Source: Myxococcota bacterium
GTDB taxonomy: Bacteria; Myxococcota_A; UBA9042; PHBI01; JAWLBL01
Assembly: GCA_041687695.1 (NCBI GenBank)
Contig: JAWLBL010000007.1
Location: forward strand, 32,001-96,000
Reading direction: 5' to 3'
DNA length: 64,000 nucleotides
This document shows positions 38,328-49,098 of this stretch, in pieces. Numbering within the stretch: the first letter of the stretch is position 1; every line of letters begins with the position of its first letter. Position numbers and translations under genes: made by a program. Under the pieces are notes generated by a model that was not told where the DNA came from, did not search any database, and was given only the letters and a program-made list of their open reading frames with translations.

Positions 38328-38789
38328 CGGTGGCCGTGAGCCGTGGCCGTGGCGGCGTCCGTGGAGTCGTGGCGGCGGCCGTGGAGTCGTGGCGGCGGCC
38401 GTGAGCCGTGGCGGTGGCCGTGAGCCGTGGCGGTGGCCGTGAGCCGTGAGCCGTGAGCCGTGGCGGTGGCGGTGGCCGTGAGCCGTGGCGGTGGCCGTGA
38501 GCCGTGGCGGTGGCCGTGAGCCGTGGCTGTGGCTGTGGCCGTGAGCCGTGGCGGTGGCCGTGAGCCGTGGCTGTGGCCGTGAGCCGTGGCGGTGGCCGTG
38601 AGCCGTGGCTGTGGCCGTGAGCCGTGGCTGTGGCCGTGAGCCGTGGCGGTGGCCGTGAGCCGTGGCTGTGGCTGTGGCCGTGAGCCGTGGCGGTGGCCGT
38701 GAGCCGTGAGCTGTGGCGGCGGGTCGTGAGCCGTGGCGGTGGCCGTGAGCCGTGGCGGTGGCCGTGAGCGGTGGTGCTGGCCGTGGCGC
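38328..38789. repeat. Long simple-sequence array (GGCCGTGAGCCGTGGC(G/T)GT units)
   Basis: Directly visible array of about 460 bp, intergenic between divergent genes. Confidence 0.92.
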
Positions 38790-38828
38790 TGCCGAGCGCC
38801 AGGGTCATCGCAAAGTCGGTCGAGCGTT

Positions 38829-38972
38829 GCGCGCAGCGAGCTGCGCGACCCACGAGCCCCAGCGAGCTGGGGCAGTCCGTCAAGACTCGCCGCCACGAAT
38901 CCACCTCGGAGTCCGACGACCGGACTGCACGAGCTCGCTCGTGCTCCGGCGTCGCGCGGCTCGCCGCGCTGA
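38829..38972. repeat. REP-like multi-hairpin cluster, copy B
   Basis: Hairpins GCGCAGCGAGCTGCGC and CCCCAGCGAGCTGGGG, the 32-nt hairpin at 38919-38950 identical to 22354-22385, then GCGCGGCTCGCCGCGC. Confidence 0.75.
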
Positions 38973-39135
38973 ATGGGAGGCGTGGCGAGCCCATTGGCGA
39001 CTTTGCGACCGCCCTGTGCCGAGCGCCGGGGTGACTTGTCCCTGCGGCGCTTCCGCTGTATCCCCGCTGAGTGGGCTCGGCGCGCCGATGGCGCCGCCCG
39101 GCCGTGCCGCCCGGACGCGGCGGAGGTGACGAGCG

Positions 39136-40263
39136 ATGAGCCGATACATCGTCCCGGAGGCGATGACCCGCTTCCGGTGCAACGAGAAGGGGTGCTGCTG
39201 CAAGGGGTGGCGCATCAACTGGGAGGTCGACGAGGTCATCGCGCTGCTGCGCGACCTGCCCCCGGCGCGCCGTGACGGCCTGATGCGGGGCGCGCGCATC
39301 TTGATGGACGGCGGGGTGGCCGACTCGATCGAGCTGCGACGGGACGGGCCCGACGACGCCTGTCAGCTCCTGACGGACGATGGCCGGTGCGGCGTCCACG
39401 TCGAGCGCGGCCCCGAGGTGCTGCCGGGGCTCTGTCAGCGCTACCCGGCCTACGGCATCGCGACCGACGACGGGATCGAGCTGCACTTCGACGCCATCTG
39501 TCCCGAGGTGCTTGCCCAGATCGACGAGTCCGACGCTCCCTACGCCCTCGTGAGTCGCGCCGCTCCCACCGGGGACCACCTGGATCTGCGGGCCACGCGT
39601 CCGCTGGCGCCGGCGGCCATCGCCGTGGGCGACCGCCCGCTCACCCACGCGCAGCTGATCGTGCTCCGCGAGCGCATCCTGGCGCACCTCTCGCGCGCCG
39701 ACCGAGCGGCCATCGACAAGCTCGCCGACATCTCCTACGCCCTGGCGCGGGTCGCCAAGGGCGAGCCGATCGAGGCCTTCGAGGTGGACACCGCCGGCCC
39801 CGTCGAGCCCTTCGAGGCCTACCTGGACACCTGCGTCGCCATGCACCACGAGGCGGCGCTGGCCCGCTTCTTCGGGCGCTATCGCCGCTTCGTGTTCGAC
39901 CTGCCAGTGGCCGACGCGGACCCGACGGCGTTGCCGCGGGCGCTGGCGCCCGACCCGAGGTGGCGCGAGGACCTCGATCCCCGCGATCCCCGGTTCGACG
40001 CCTTCATCGCGCGCTATCTGGCGCATCGGTACTACAACGCCTACGGCGTCTCGCGGGTCGGTCACCAGGTCGGCTTCACCTATGGGACCGTGGCTCAGGC
40101 GCTGGCCATCGGCTTCCGCTACTCGGTCGGTCTCGCCCGGTGGCTGGGGCGCCCCGTCGATCGCGCCACGCTCAAGGTGGGCGTCGGCGCCTCGGAGTAC
40201 CTCTTCCGGACCCTGGACCTGCCGCCGGTCGGGATGCCCTGGTTCGGACTCGACGTGGCTTGA
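39136..40263 (+). CDS. FliB-like lysine N-methylase / YkgJ-type Cys-cluster protein
   Basis: FRCNEKGCCCKGWRI, CQLL..GRCGVH, LCQRYP and ICPE; GGAGG RBS. Confidence 0.75.
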   Translation: MSRYIVPEAMTRFRCNEKGCCCKGWRINWEVDEVIALLRDLPPARRDGLMRGARILMDGGVADSIELRRDGPDDACQLLTDDGRCGVHVERGPEVLPGLCQRYPAYGIATDDGIELHFDAICPEVLAQIDESDAPYALVSRAAPTGDHLDLRATRPLAPAAIAVGDRPLTHAQLIVLRERILAHLSRADRAAIDKLADISYALARVAKGEPIEAFEVDTAGPVEPFEAYLDTCVAMHHEAALARFFGRYRRFVFDLPVADADPTALPRALAPDPRWREDLDPRDPRFDAFIARYLAHRYYNAYGVSRVGHQVGFTYGTVAQALAIGFRYSVGLARWLGRPVDRATLKVGVGASEYLFRTLDLPPVGMPWFGLDVA

Positions 40264-40457
40264 CCCGGGCGCAGCCGCGCCGGAGCGGCGGACCGCCCGT
40301 GGCCCCAGCAGCGTGTGCGCGAGCTGCCCTGCCCGCCGCGCCAGCAGGCTCGCCCACGCACGCCAGCCCCGACGCCAGGGACCCGGCCGGTCGTCCGTCG
40401 GGGTGACGCTGGCGCGATGGCGAGGCGTCGGCGGCCAGGGCCCTGGCGGACGGGACG

Positions 40458-40931
40458 TCACGCCGACACCTCGCTCGCGCAGGCGGCGACGAGCGCGAGC
40501 AAGGACTCGCCATAGCGCTCGAGCTTGGCCGGCCCGATCCCACGCACCGTCGACAGGTCCTCCGGGGAGCGCGGCCGCAGGATGGCGATGTCCGCGAGCT
40601 CGCGGTTGGACAGGACCATGAAGCGGTTGACGCCTTCGGAGCGGGCCTGGTCGTTGCGCCAGTCGCGCAGGGCCGCGAAGAGCGGGACACAGTCCTCGGG
40701 CAGCTGCTTGTCCCAGTCGACGCGCTCGCGGCGCGGCGGCTCCGACGCGGCCTCGCCGGGCTCGAGCTGCACGACGAAGGTCAGCGCGGGCTCGCCCGAC
40801 ACGTCGTGCAGGTGGTGGTCGATGCGTGCGGCGACGCGGCCGCGCAGCGCCTCGCAAAGGGGGGCGGGGTCGAACTGGGGGAGCCCGGGCGGGGTGGCCG
40901 CGAGGCGGAGCGTGACGATGGCGACGTCCAT
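40458..40931 (-). CDS. Stand-alone HRDC domain protein
   Basis: LFAALRDWRNDQA..EGV..FMVLSNRELADIA..RP...L..VRGIGPAKLERYG. Confidence 0.88.
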   Translation of the reverse strand: MDVAIVTLRLAATPPGLPQFDPAPLCEALRGRVAARIDHHLHDVSGEPALTFVVQLEPGEAASEPPRRERVDWDKQLPEDCVPLFAALRDWRNDQARSEGVNRFMVLSNRELADIAILRPRSPEDLSTVRGIGPAKLERYGESLLALVAACASEVSA

Positions 40932-41312
40932 GGGTCTCTCTCGAGATGGGGGGGCCGCTGGCCCGTTGCAGGGGGGGCTCCGCTGGGGGCGTCGGCGCGC
41001 CTTGGCGGAGCACGCGCTGCGCGTGGAGACGTACGGGCGACCCTGCGCAGCGCGAGCGCGTCCTCGGGCACCGCCGCCCGGGACGTAAATACAAGTCGGG
41101 CGATCGGGCCGTTTCGTTGCGCGGTTTCTCGACGAATCGCACATCGCTTCGGAATCGCTACGTTTTTTGCGCTGGCCGGGACGTGCCTCAGGCGCGATCG
41201 GTCCGGCGACCTGGCCCGCGGAGCGTCGCCGGTGGGTGGGCCACTCGCGTCCGTCGCGCCGCGCCGGGGCGGCCTAATGCGCCGAGGTCAGCAGCTCTTG
41301 CGAAGCGTTGCG

Positions 41313-42683
<1,371 letters not shown>

Positions 42684-42893
42684 CGCGCTGACCTCCCCAT
42701 CGGGCACGCACCCGTGGCCTGGATACTACCAAGGTGGCGTCCGCGGGCCACGGCCGGAAGTGGCCAGCTGGTTACCACCTGCGCCGAACGCGACGACCTG
42801 CTGCGCGGATCGCGACAGCGGCGTGGGGCCGTGAGGAGGCCCAGCCGGTCTCGGACTCAATGGTTACGCAAGGTTGTCGCGATCTGGCGCGCT

Positions 42894-42909
42894 TGGCCCG
42901 GAGCTTGCT
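42894..42909 (+). promoter_or_regulatory. Putative sigma54 -24/-12 promoter
   Basis: TGGCCCGGAGCTTGCT (GG-N10-GC), divergent from the sigma54 activator gene. Confidence 0.65.
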
Positions 42910-42985
42910 TGACAGGGCGGCGGCAGGGGAAGCCGACGGCGTCACCGTGCAACGTGCGGAGAGGCCCGTGAGAACAGACAGCAAC

Positions 42986-43732
42986 ATGCAGGCTCGCGCC
43001 GTCGCGGCGTCCGAGGGCGCCGCCACTCGTCCGACGCTCGTCCGCCGCGCGGACGCACGCGTGGGATCCGGCCGCGTGTCGGGGCCACGGCGCCCGACGG
43101 CGGTGTCCGCGTCGCTGCAGCTCTCCGCCTGGTTCCGAGGCGTGCCGTTCGAGGCCGTGCTGGACTGCGCCCAACGGCGCTTCGCCGAGCACGGGCTGAC
43201 GCGGCGCGCGGTCGAGCACGGGGCGTTCTTCGACGCTCGGGACGTGCGCCTCGCGTTCGGCAGCCTGGGCCTCCGCATCGCGCCGCGCTCGGAGGACCAC
43301 GTGGTCATCGAGGCGTCGCTCCAGGGCCCGCTGGCCACGGCCGTCGGGCGCCTGCTCCCCACCTTCGAGGCGCTCGTGCGCGACGAGGCGGCGCCCGTCG
43401 CCGAGTGCATCCTGGCCGAGGCCGAGGCGCCGATCACCCCGTTCTTCACGCACTCGTTCTTCCATGGCCTGGCGCTGGCCCCGCGTCACGTGCCCCGCCC
43501 CGATGGCGGCGTGACCCGCCTCGCTCCGCCCCACCGCGGGTTCTGGGGCCGCGGCACCCGCCGGCTCCACTTCGTCTCGCGCTGGCTCCTCGGCGCGCCC
43601 AGCGTGCCGCCTCCCGACCAGTGGTCGTCCCAGCTCGGCGCGCCCTGGCGGCTCACCACCGGCGGCATCCTCTTCGACTGCGGCTGGAGCGCGGCCTGGA
43701 GCACGAACGCGTCCGCGCTCACCGGATCGTAG
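42986..43732 (+). CDS. Hypothetical protein
   Basis: ORF fills the gap downstream of a sigma54 motif; no family recognised. Confidence 0.6.
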   Translation: MQARAVAASEGAATRPTLVRRADARVGSGRVSGPRRPTAVSASLQLSAWFRGVPFEAVLDCAQRRFAEHGLTRRAVEHGAFFDARDVRLAFGSLGLRIAPRSEDHVVIEASLQGPLATAVGRLLPTFEALVRDEAAPVAECILAEAEAPITPFFTHSFFHGLALAPRHVPRPDGGVTRLAPPHRGFWGRGTRRLHFVSRWLLGAPSVPPPDQWSSQLGAPWRLTTGGILFDCGWSAAWSTNASALTGS

Positions 43733-43781
43733 CCCCTGCGCCCCGGAAGCTATGGCACCCTCGGTGGGTTGCAGGGGCTCC

Positions 43782-46565
43782 ATGTCCGATCCCATCGTCA
43801 GGGCCCTCGAGCGGGCCACCCACGCGTCCGTCGTGCGCGGCGCGCTCGCCGACCGCCTCACCTGGGCCGGCGACGCCAGCATCTACCGCCTCGTGCCGCG
43901 GGTCGTCGTCTTCCCGCGGCACGAGGCGGACGTCCAGGCCATCCTCCGTGTTGCATCGCAACATCAGGCGCCCCTGTGCTTCCGCGCGGGCGGGACCAGC
44001 CTGTCCGGTCAGGCCGTCACCGACGGCATCCTCGTCGTCGTCAGTCGCCACCTCAGACGCATCGAGGTCCACCCGGGCGCGGACCGGGTCAGCGCCGAGC
44101 CCGGCGCCGTGGGGGCCTGGGTCAACGCGGCCCTGGCGCCCCACGGCCGGCGCATCGGCCCCGATCCGGCGAGCCTCCAGGCGGCGGAGATCGGCGGCAT
44201 CGTGGCCAACAACGCCTCGGGGATGTGCTGCGGCGTCGCCCAGAACAGCTACCACACCGTGACCGGGCTCGAGCTCGTGCTGGCCGACGGCACCTACGTC
44301 GACACGGCGGCCCCGGACGCCGACGAGCGCCTGTGGCGCGAGCGCCCGGAGGTCGCCCAGGGGCTCTTGGCGTTGGCGGCCGACCTGCGCGGGGACGAGG
44401 CCCTCGCGCGCCGCGTGCGGGCGTCCTTCGAGACGAAGAACACGGTCGGCTATGGCCTCAACGCGCTGCTCGACGCCGACACCCCCGCGGGCATCCTGCA
44501 GCGGGTCGTCGTGGGCTCCGAGGGCACGCTGGCCTTCATCGCACGCGCGACCTTCCGCACCCTTCCGCTGCCCCGACATCGGGCCACCGCGTGGCTGCTC
44601 TTCCCGGACGTCGAGGCCGCCGCGGCCGCCGTGCCCGCGCTCTCCGAGGCCGGCGCGGCCGCCATCGAGCTGCTCGACGCCGTCGCCCTGCGGCGGGTCG
44701 CCGATCGCCTGCCCGACCCGGTGCCGCCGGGTGAGCCGGCCGCCCTGCTGATCGAGGTGCAGGAGGCCGAGGAAGACGCGCTGCAGGCCCGGTCCGAGGC
44801 GATCCGGCGGGTCCTGGCCGGGCTGAAGCTGGCCGCGCCGGCCGAGCTGTCGCGCGACCCGGCGCGTCAGGCGGCCTGGTGGAGCATACGCAAGGGCCTG
44901 TTCCCCTCGGTGGGCGCCGTGCGCGCCAAGGGCACGGCGGTCCTCATCGAGGACGTCACCTTCCCTCGCGATCGGCTCGCCGAGGGCGTGCGAGCGCTGC
45001 GCGCGTGCTTTCGGACCCACGGCTACGACGACGCGGTGGTCTTCGGGCACGCGCGCGACGGCAACCTGCACTTCACGCTGACCCCGGATCTGTCGCGGCC
45101 CGAGGAGATCGCCCGCTACGACGCCTTCATGCAGGACCTCGTGGCGCTGGTCCTCGCCCGGGGCGGGCACCTCAAGGCCGAGCACGGCACGGGACGCAAC
45201 ATGGCCCCCTTCGTGCAAGCCCAGTGGGGCCCCGAGGCGCTGGGGCTCATGCAGCGCCTCAAGCGCCTGCTGGACCCGGAGGGCCTGCTCAACCCCGGGG
45301 TCGTGCTGTCGGACGATCCGCGCGCCCACCTGGCTCACCTCAAGACCCTGCCGCCGGCCGACCCGCTGGTCGACGCCTGCATCGAGTGCGGCTTCTGCGA
45401 GCCGGTCTGCCCGAGCCGGGACGCGACCCTGTCACCGCGGCAGCGCATCACCGCGCTCCGCTGGATGCGCGCCGGCGGCGCCGAGGGCCGGGCCATGGCC
45501 TCGGTGTGGCAGCACCGGGGCCTGGACACCTGCGCCACCGACGGGCTGTGCCGCACGGCCTGCCCGGTCGGCATCGACACGGGCGATCTCGTCAAGGCCG
45601 AGCGCGCCGCCGGCCGCGGTCCCCTGTCGCGCCGCGCCGCCGCCGCCATGGAGCAGCGCTTGGGGGGCACGGCGACCCTGACCCGCGTGGGGCTCGGGGC
45701 CATGCGGCTGTCGGCCGGCCGCCTCCCGGGGCGCGCCGTCCCCGTGCCGCCGCCCGCGCCGCGCCTGCCGGCCGCGTGGCCCGAGGCCGAGCCGGGCGCG
45801 CCCACCTTCGTGTACCTGCCGACCTGCCTGACGCGCACCATGGGCCCCGACCCGGTCCCCGCCCAGCTGGCGGCGTTGTGCAGCGCAGCAGGGGTCGGCC
45901 TCCGCGTCCCGGCGCGGGCCGACGCGCTCTGCTGCGGGCAGCCCTTCGAGAGCAAGGGCTTCCCCGAAGCCGCGGCCCAGGCGGCCGAACGCACCGCGCG
46001 CGCCCTGGTCGCGGGCGCCACCGAGCACGGGGCCATCGCGGGCGTCGTCACCGACACCTCGACCTGCGCCGGGCAGCTCGAGCGGGCCAGCCGCGCCTTG
46101 CCCGCGTCGCTCGCGGCGTCCTGGGAGGCCTTGCCCCGGCTGCATCCGGCGGCCTTCGCGCGCGACGTCCTGATCCCGCGCCTCGAGGCCCGCGGGCGGC
46201 TGTCACGCTGGGTGGACCGCGTGGTCGTCCATCCGACCTGCAGCGAGCAGAAGGCCGGGTGGGCCTCGGCGCTGCGCGAGGCCGCGGGCGCCGCGGCGCG
46301 GGACGTGGTGGTGCCGGCGGCCGTGGGCTGCTGCGGGATGGCGGGCGACCGAGGCTGGATCGTGCCGGAGCTGACCGCGGCCGCGACCGCGCGCGAGGCC
46401 GAGGAGGTCCGGGCTCGCGGCGCGACCCTCGGGGTCTCGACCAGCGTCACGTGCGGGGCCGCCCTCGCCGCGAGCGCGGGCGTCGACTACCGGCATCTGT
46501 TCACGGTGCTCGCCGAGGCGCTGGTTCACCAGCCGAGCGCCAGCACCGAGAAGCCGACGACGTAG
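43782..46565 (+). CDS. FAD- and Fe-S-binding oxidoreductase (D-lactate dehydrogenase Dld-II-like)
   Basis: [56 protein letters not shown] and CCG domains. Confidence 0.92.
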   Translation: MSDPIVRALERATHASVVRGALADRLTWAGDASIYRLVPRVVVFPRHEADVQAILRVASQHQAPLCFRAGGTSLSGQAVTDGILVVVSRHLRRIEVHPGADRVSAEPGAVGAWVNAALAPHGRRIGPDPASLQAAEIGGIVANNASGMCCGVAQNSYHTVTGLELVLADGTYVDTAAPDADERLWRERPEVAQGLLALAADLRGDEALARRVRASFETKNTVGYGLNALLDADTPAGILQRVVVGSEGTLAFIARATFRTLPLPRHRATAWLLFPDVEAAAAAVPALSEAGAAAIELLDAVALRRVADRLPDPVPPGEPAALLIEVQEAEEDALQARSEAIRRVLAGLKLAAPAELSRDPARQAAWWSIRKGLFPSVGAVRAKGTAVLIEDVTFPRDRLAEGVRALRACFRTHGYDDAVVFGHARDGNLHFTLTPDLSRPEEIARYDAFMQDLVALVLARGGHLKAEHGTGRNMAPFVQAQWGPEALGLMQRLKRLLDPEGLLNPGVVLSDDPRAHLAHLKTLPPADPLVDACIECGFCEPVCPSRDATLSPRQRITALRWMRAGGAEGRAMASVWQHRGLDTCATDGLCRTACPVGIDTGDLVKAERAAGRGPLSRRAAAAMEQRLGGTATLTRVGLGAMRLSAGRLPGRAVPVPPPAPRLPAAWPEAEPGAPTFVYLPTCLTRTMGPDPVPAQLAALCSAAGVGLRVPARADALCCGQPFESKGFPEAAAQAAERTARALVAGATEHGAIAGVVTDTSTCAGQLERASRALPASLAASWEALPRLHPAAFARDVLIPRLEARGRLSRWVDRVVVHPTCSEQKAGWASALREAAGAAARDVVVPAAVGCCGMAGDRGWIVPELTAAATAREAEEVRARGATLGVSTSVTCGAALAASAGVDYRHLFTVLAEALVHQPSASTEKPTT

Positions 46566-47560
46566 AGCCCCGCGATGAGGGCGCTCTCGAAGCCGATGTT
46601 GCCGATGCCGTGGCGCTCGCGCGCGAGCAGGCCCATGACGAGCAGCGCCGTCATGATGGTCGTGATGGCCATCACGAAGTGCTCGTCGGGCCCGATGGCG
46701 TGGTAGATGGAGCCCTGGCGGTAGGACACGTCGGCCGCGGCCGTGAACAGGACGTCGAAGGCGTTGCCGCCGATGATCTCACTGACCGCCAGGGTGACCG
46801 CGCCCTGGCGAACGGCGGCCACCGCCACGACCAGCTCGGGGGTCGAGGTGGTCACGGCCGTGAACAGCCCGCCGACGACCGCGTCGCTGAGCCCCGAGCG
46901 CGCGGCGACGCTGAGGCCGGCCTCGGCCACGACCCAGCCCAGGCTGCCGGTCACCGCCGCCAGGATCCCGAAGGTGGCCAGGACCCGCCACAGGGCCTTG
47001 GGTGTCCTGTTCCGCGCGTCCGGGACGTCCGCGACGGTCGCCGAGGTGGCGCGCGGACGCCATTGAGGATCCACCGACGCGCGCCGGACCAGCGCCAGCC
47101 CCCCGAGGTAGGCGCAGAACAGCACGGGCGTGACGGGGTGGACGCCCAGGACCGTCCACTCGGGGCTGGCGGCGCCCAACGTCACGAGCCCGATGAGGGC
47201 GATGAGCAGGGTGCCGCTCATCATGTTGGGCACGGAGGCGGCGGCGTGCTCGAGGTTGGCGCGCCGGTAGGTCGCGTCGGCGATGGCGAGGAACACGGTC
47301 TGGGCCGCGATGCCGCCCATGCCGTTGGCGACGGCCAGCTTGGGGCGGCCCTCGGCGCCGGCCACGATCGAGGTGATGATGCCCGGCAGCGAGGTCGAGG
47401 CGCCGACCAGGAGGGCGCCGGTCAGCGCCTCGCCCAGGCCCGTGCGGTCGGCCAGCTCGTCGGCCACCGCGGCCAGCCGCGTCCCGGCGACGGCGATGGC
47501 CGCGCCGGCGACCACGAAGGCGAGGAAGTCGACCCAGAGGGGCGAGTCGATGCCGAACAA
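46526..47560 (-). CDS. Sodium:calcium antiporter family protein
   Basis: Alpha repeats STSLPG and TSTPEL, GGNAFD, about 10 TM segments. Confidence 0.88.
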   Translation of the reverse strand: MFGIDSPLWVDFLAFVVAGAAIAVAGTRLAAVADELADRTGLGEALTGALLVGASTSLPGIITSIVAGAEGRPKLAVANGMGGIAAQTVFLAIADATYRRANLEHAAASVPNMMSGTLLIALIGLVTLGAASPEWTVLGVHPVTPVLFCAYLGGLALVRRASVDPQWRPRATSATVADVPDARNRTPKALWRVLATFGILAAVTGSLGWVVAEAGLSVAARSGLSDAVVGGLFTAVTTSTPELVVAVAAVRQGAVTLAVSEIIGGNAFDVLFTAAADVSYRQGSIYHAIGPDEHFVMAITTIMTALLVMGLLARERHGIGNIGFESALIAGLYVVGFSVLALGW

Positions 47561-47654
47561 GGGAGCGCTCCTGCGCGGTGGGTGGGGCGCGCAGGATACC
47601 GTCGGAGCGCGGCCCGCGAGCGCGTCGGGTCGTGAGCCCGGCGGCTCGCGGCGC

Positions 47655-48905
47655 TCACCAGGTGAACGCGCCCGCCACTCCTGGCGCGAAGGTGCGCCGG
47701 CCGGCCGCGTCGACGCCGCCGTCCATCAGGGTCGGTGCCAGCCGGAGGGCGGTCACCGGCTGGTCGGGCGCGTCGAAGTCGCGTGTCACGATGGCGGCGA
47801 GCCCCAGGCCGACGACCGCCCCGCCCGCCACGAGCGCGGCCATGGTCTCTCCGTCGAAGTCGTCGCCCTGGACGATCGACGACACCGCGACGCCGCCCAG
47901 CATGCCGCCCAGACCACCCAGATCGATGAAGAGCACCCGGGCGCGGCTCATCTTGACCTGCGTCGCCAGGACCGCCGCGCCCGCGGTGCCGACGAGCGAG
48001 CCGAACAGCATGGTGCCCGTGAAGTCGTCGTCGTGCTGCAGATCGGCGGCCCCCGCGATGAGCGCGCCCAGGATCCCTCCCCACAGGCCGCCCGAGTGGA
48101 TGAGCGCGACGTCACCGCGCGAGGCCCCCGCGTAGTGGGCGCCCAGGCCGCCGCCGAGGCCGGTCAGCGCACCCATCGACCACACGAGGGTCGCGGCCTG
48201 CTCGGTGGTGTCGTCGAGGTCGAAGGCCTCCTGGGCGAGCAGCCCCCAGAACGTGCCCAGCTGCAGGCCCGCGTTGATGCCCGCGGCGGTGCCCCCGCGC
48301 AGCGGCGTGTCCATGTGGTCCAGGGCGTAGGCCCCCAGGGCCCCCGCAGCGCCCGACAGGAAGGACAAGGGGACGACGACATCCTCGTCGAGGTCCATCA
48401 TGACGCCGAACACGTACGCGCCGGTCCACGCGCCGAACACCGACATGTTGATGTAGGTCTCGGCGATGGTCTCGGAGTCGGCCTCGGCGCGCGGGTCGCG
48501 GCTGCTGCGGACGACGGGCGCGTCCGGCGGCGGGACCCAGTCCCCGGGCCCGGTGCGGGTGGGGGGGACGCCGACGAGGGGCCCGTTCGGCGCGAGGGCG
48601 CCACGCTCGAGGGCGACGAGCAGCTTGTCGATGACCCCCTCGAGCCAGTGGCCGGGGCCGATGACGCCGCGCGCCGTGTCGAGGTGGTCGCGCGCGCCGG
48701 CGCGGTCGCCGCGGGCCCAGGCGTCCGCCGCCAGCTCGAGCGCCCGCCGGGCGGCCAGGGGCACCTCCTGCGACGGTGGGGCGGGCGGTGGGGCGGGCGG
48801 GTGGACGATCGGCGGGGCGGTCTCCTGGGCCCGGGCCGTCCCGGTCAGCGCGCAGGGCAGGCAGGGGACCAACGTGAGGGCGACGAACGCCGCGACGAGG
48901 CGCAT
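47655..48905 (-). CDS. Exported/membrane hypothetical protein with Gly-rich hydrophobic helices
   Basis: Signal peptide MRLVAAFVALT...ARAQ; repeated Gly-rich hydrophobic segments. Confidence 0.75.
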   Translation of the reverse strand: MRLVAAFVALTLVPCLPCALTGTARAQETAPPIVHPPAPPPAPPSQEVPLAARRALELAADAWARGDRAGARDHLDTARGVIGPGHWLEGVIDKLLVALERGALAPNGPLVGVPPTRTGPGDWVPPPDAPVVRSSRDPRAEADSETIAETYINMSVFGAWTGAYVFGVMMDLDEDVVVPLSFLSGAAGALGAYALDHMDTPLRGGTAAGINAGLQLGTFWGLLAQEAFDLDDTTEQAATLVWSMGALTGLGGGLGAHYAGASRGDVALIHSGGLWGGILGALIAGAADLQHDDDFTGTMLFGSLVGTAGAAVLATQVKMSRARVLFIDLGGLGGMLGGVAVSSIVQGDDFDGETMAALVAGGAVVGLGLAAIVTRDFDAPDQPVTALRLAPTLMDGGVDAAGRRTFAPGVAGAFTW

Positions 48906-49098
48906 GGGGGCTCCCGAGAGACGTCGATGCAGCGGAGAGGGAGACGAGGCGGCCCATCCTAGCGGCCCAGGGCGACCCCCGCCACAACCGCCGCAGGGGC
49001 GCTGGCGGTGCGTCCGACGCAAGTGGCTGAAATTGACCGCCTTCCGGTCGCGTGCTACCGCCCGGGCCCTGCGCCCAACCCCGGCCCTGGAGTCCGTC

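Noticed and set aside
38012..38896. 294-aa His/Gly/Thr-rich ORF
   Set aside because: It is a translation of the simple-sequence array; repeat units shift frame and there is no coding signal.
36412..41142. 1576-aa minus-strand ORF
   Set aside because: Only its last 317 aa (the PHP domain) are credible; the rest overlaps other genes and repeats.
40932..41312. DGR template repeat next to the HRDC gene
   Set aside because: No AAC-rich TR, matching VR or reverse transcriptase is visible in the window.
46526..46565. 40-nt convergent overlap of the dehydrogenase and antiporter genes
   Set aside because: Short 3' overlaps are common in GC-rich genomes.
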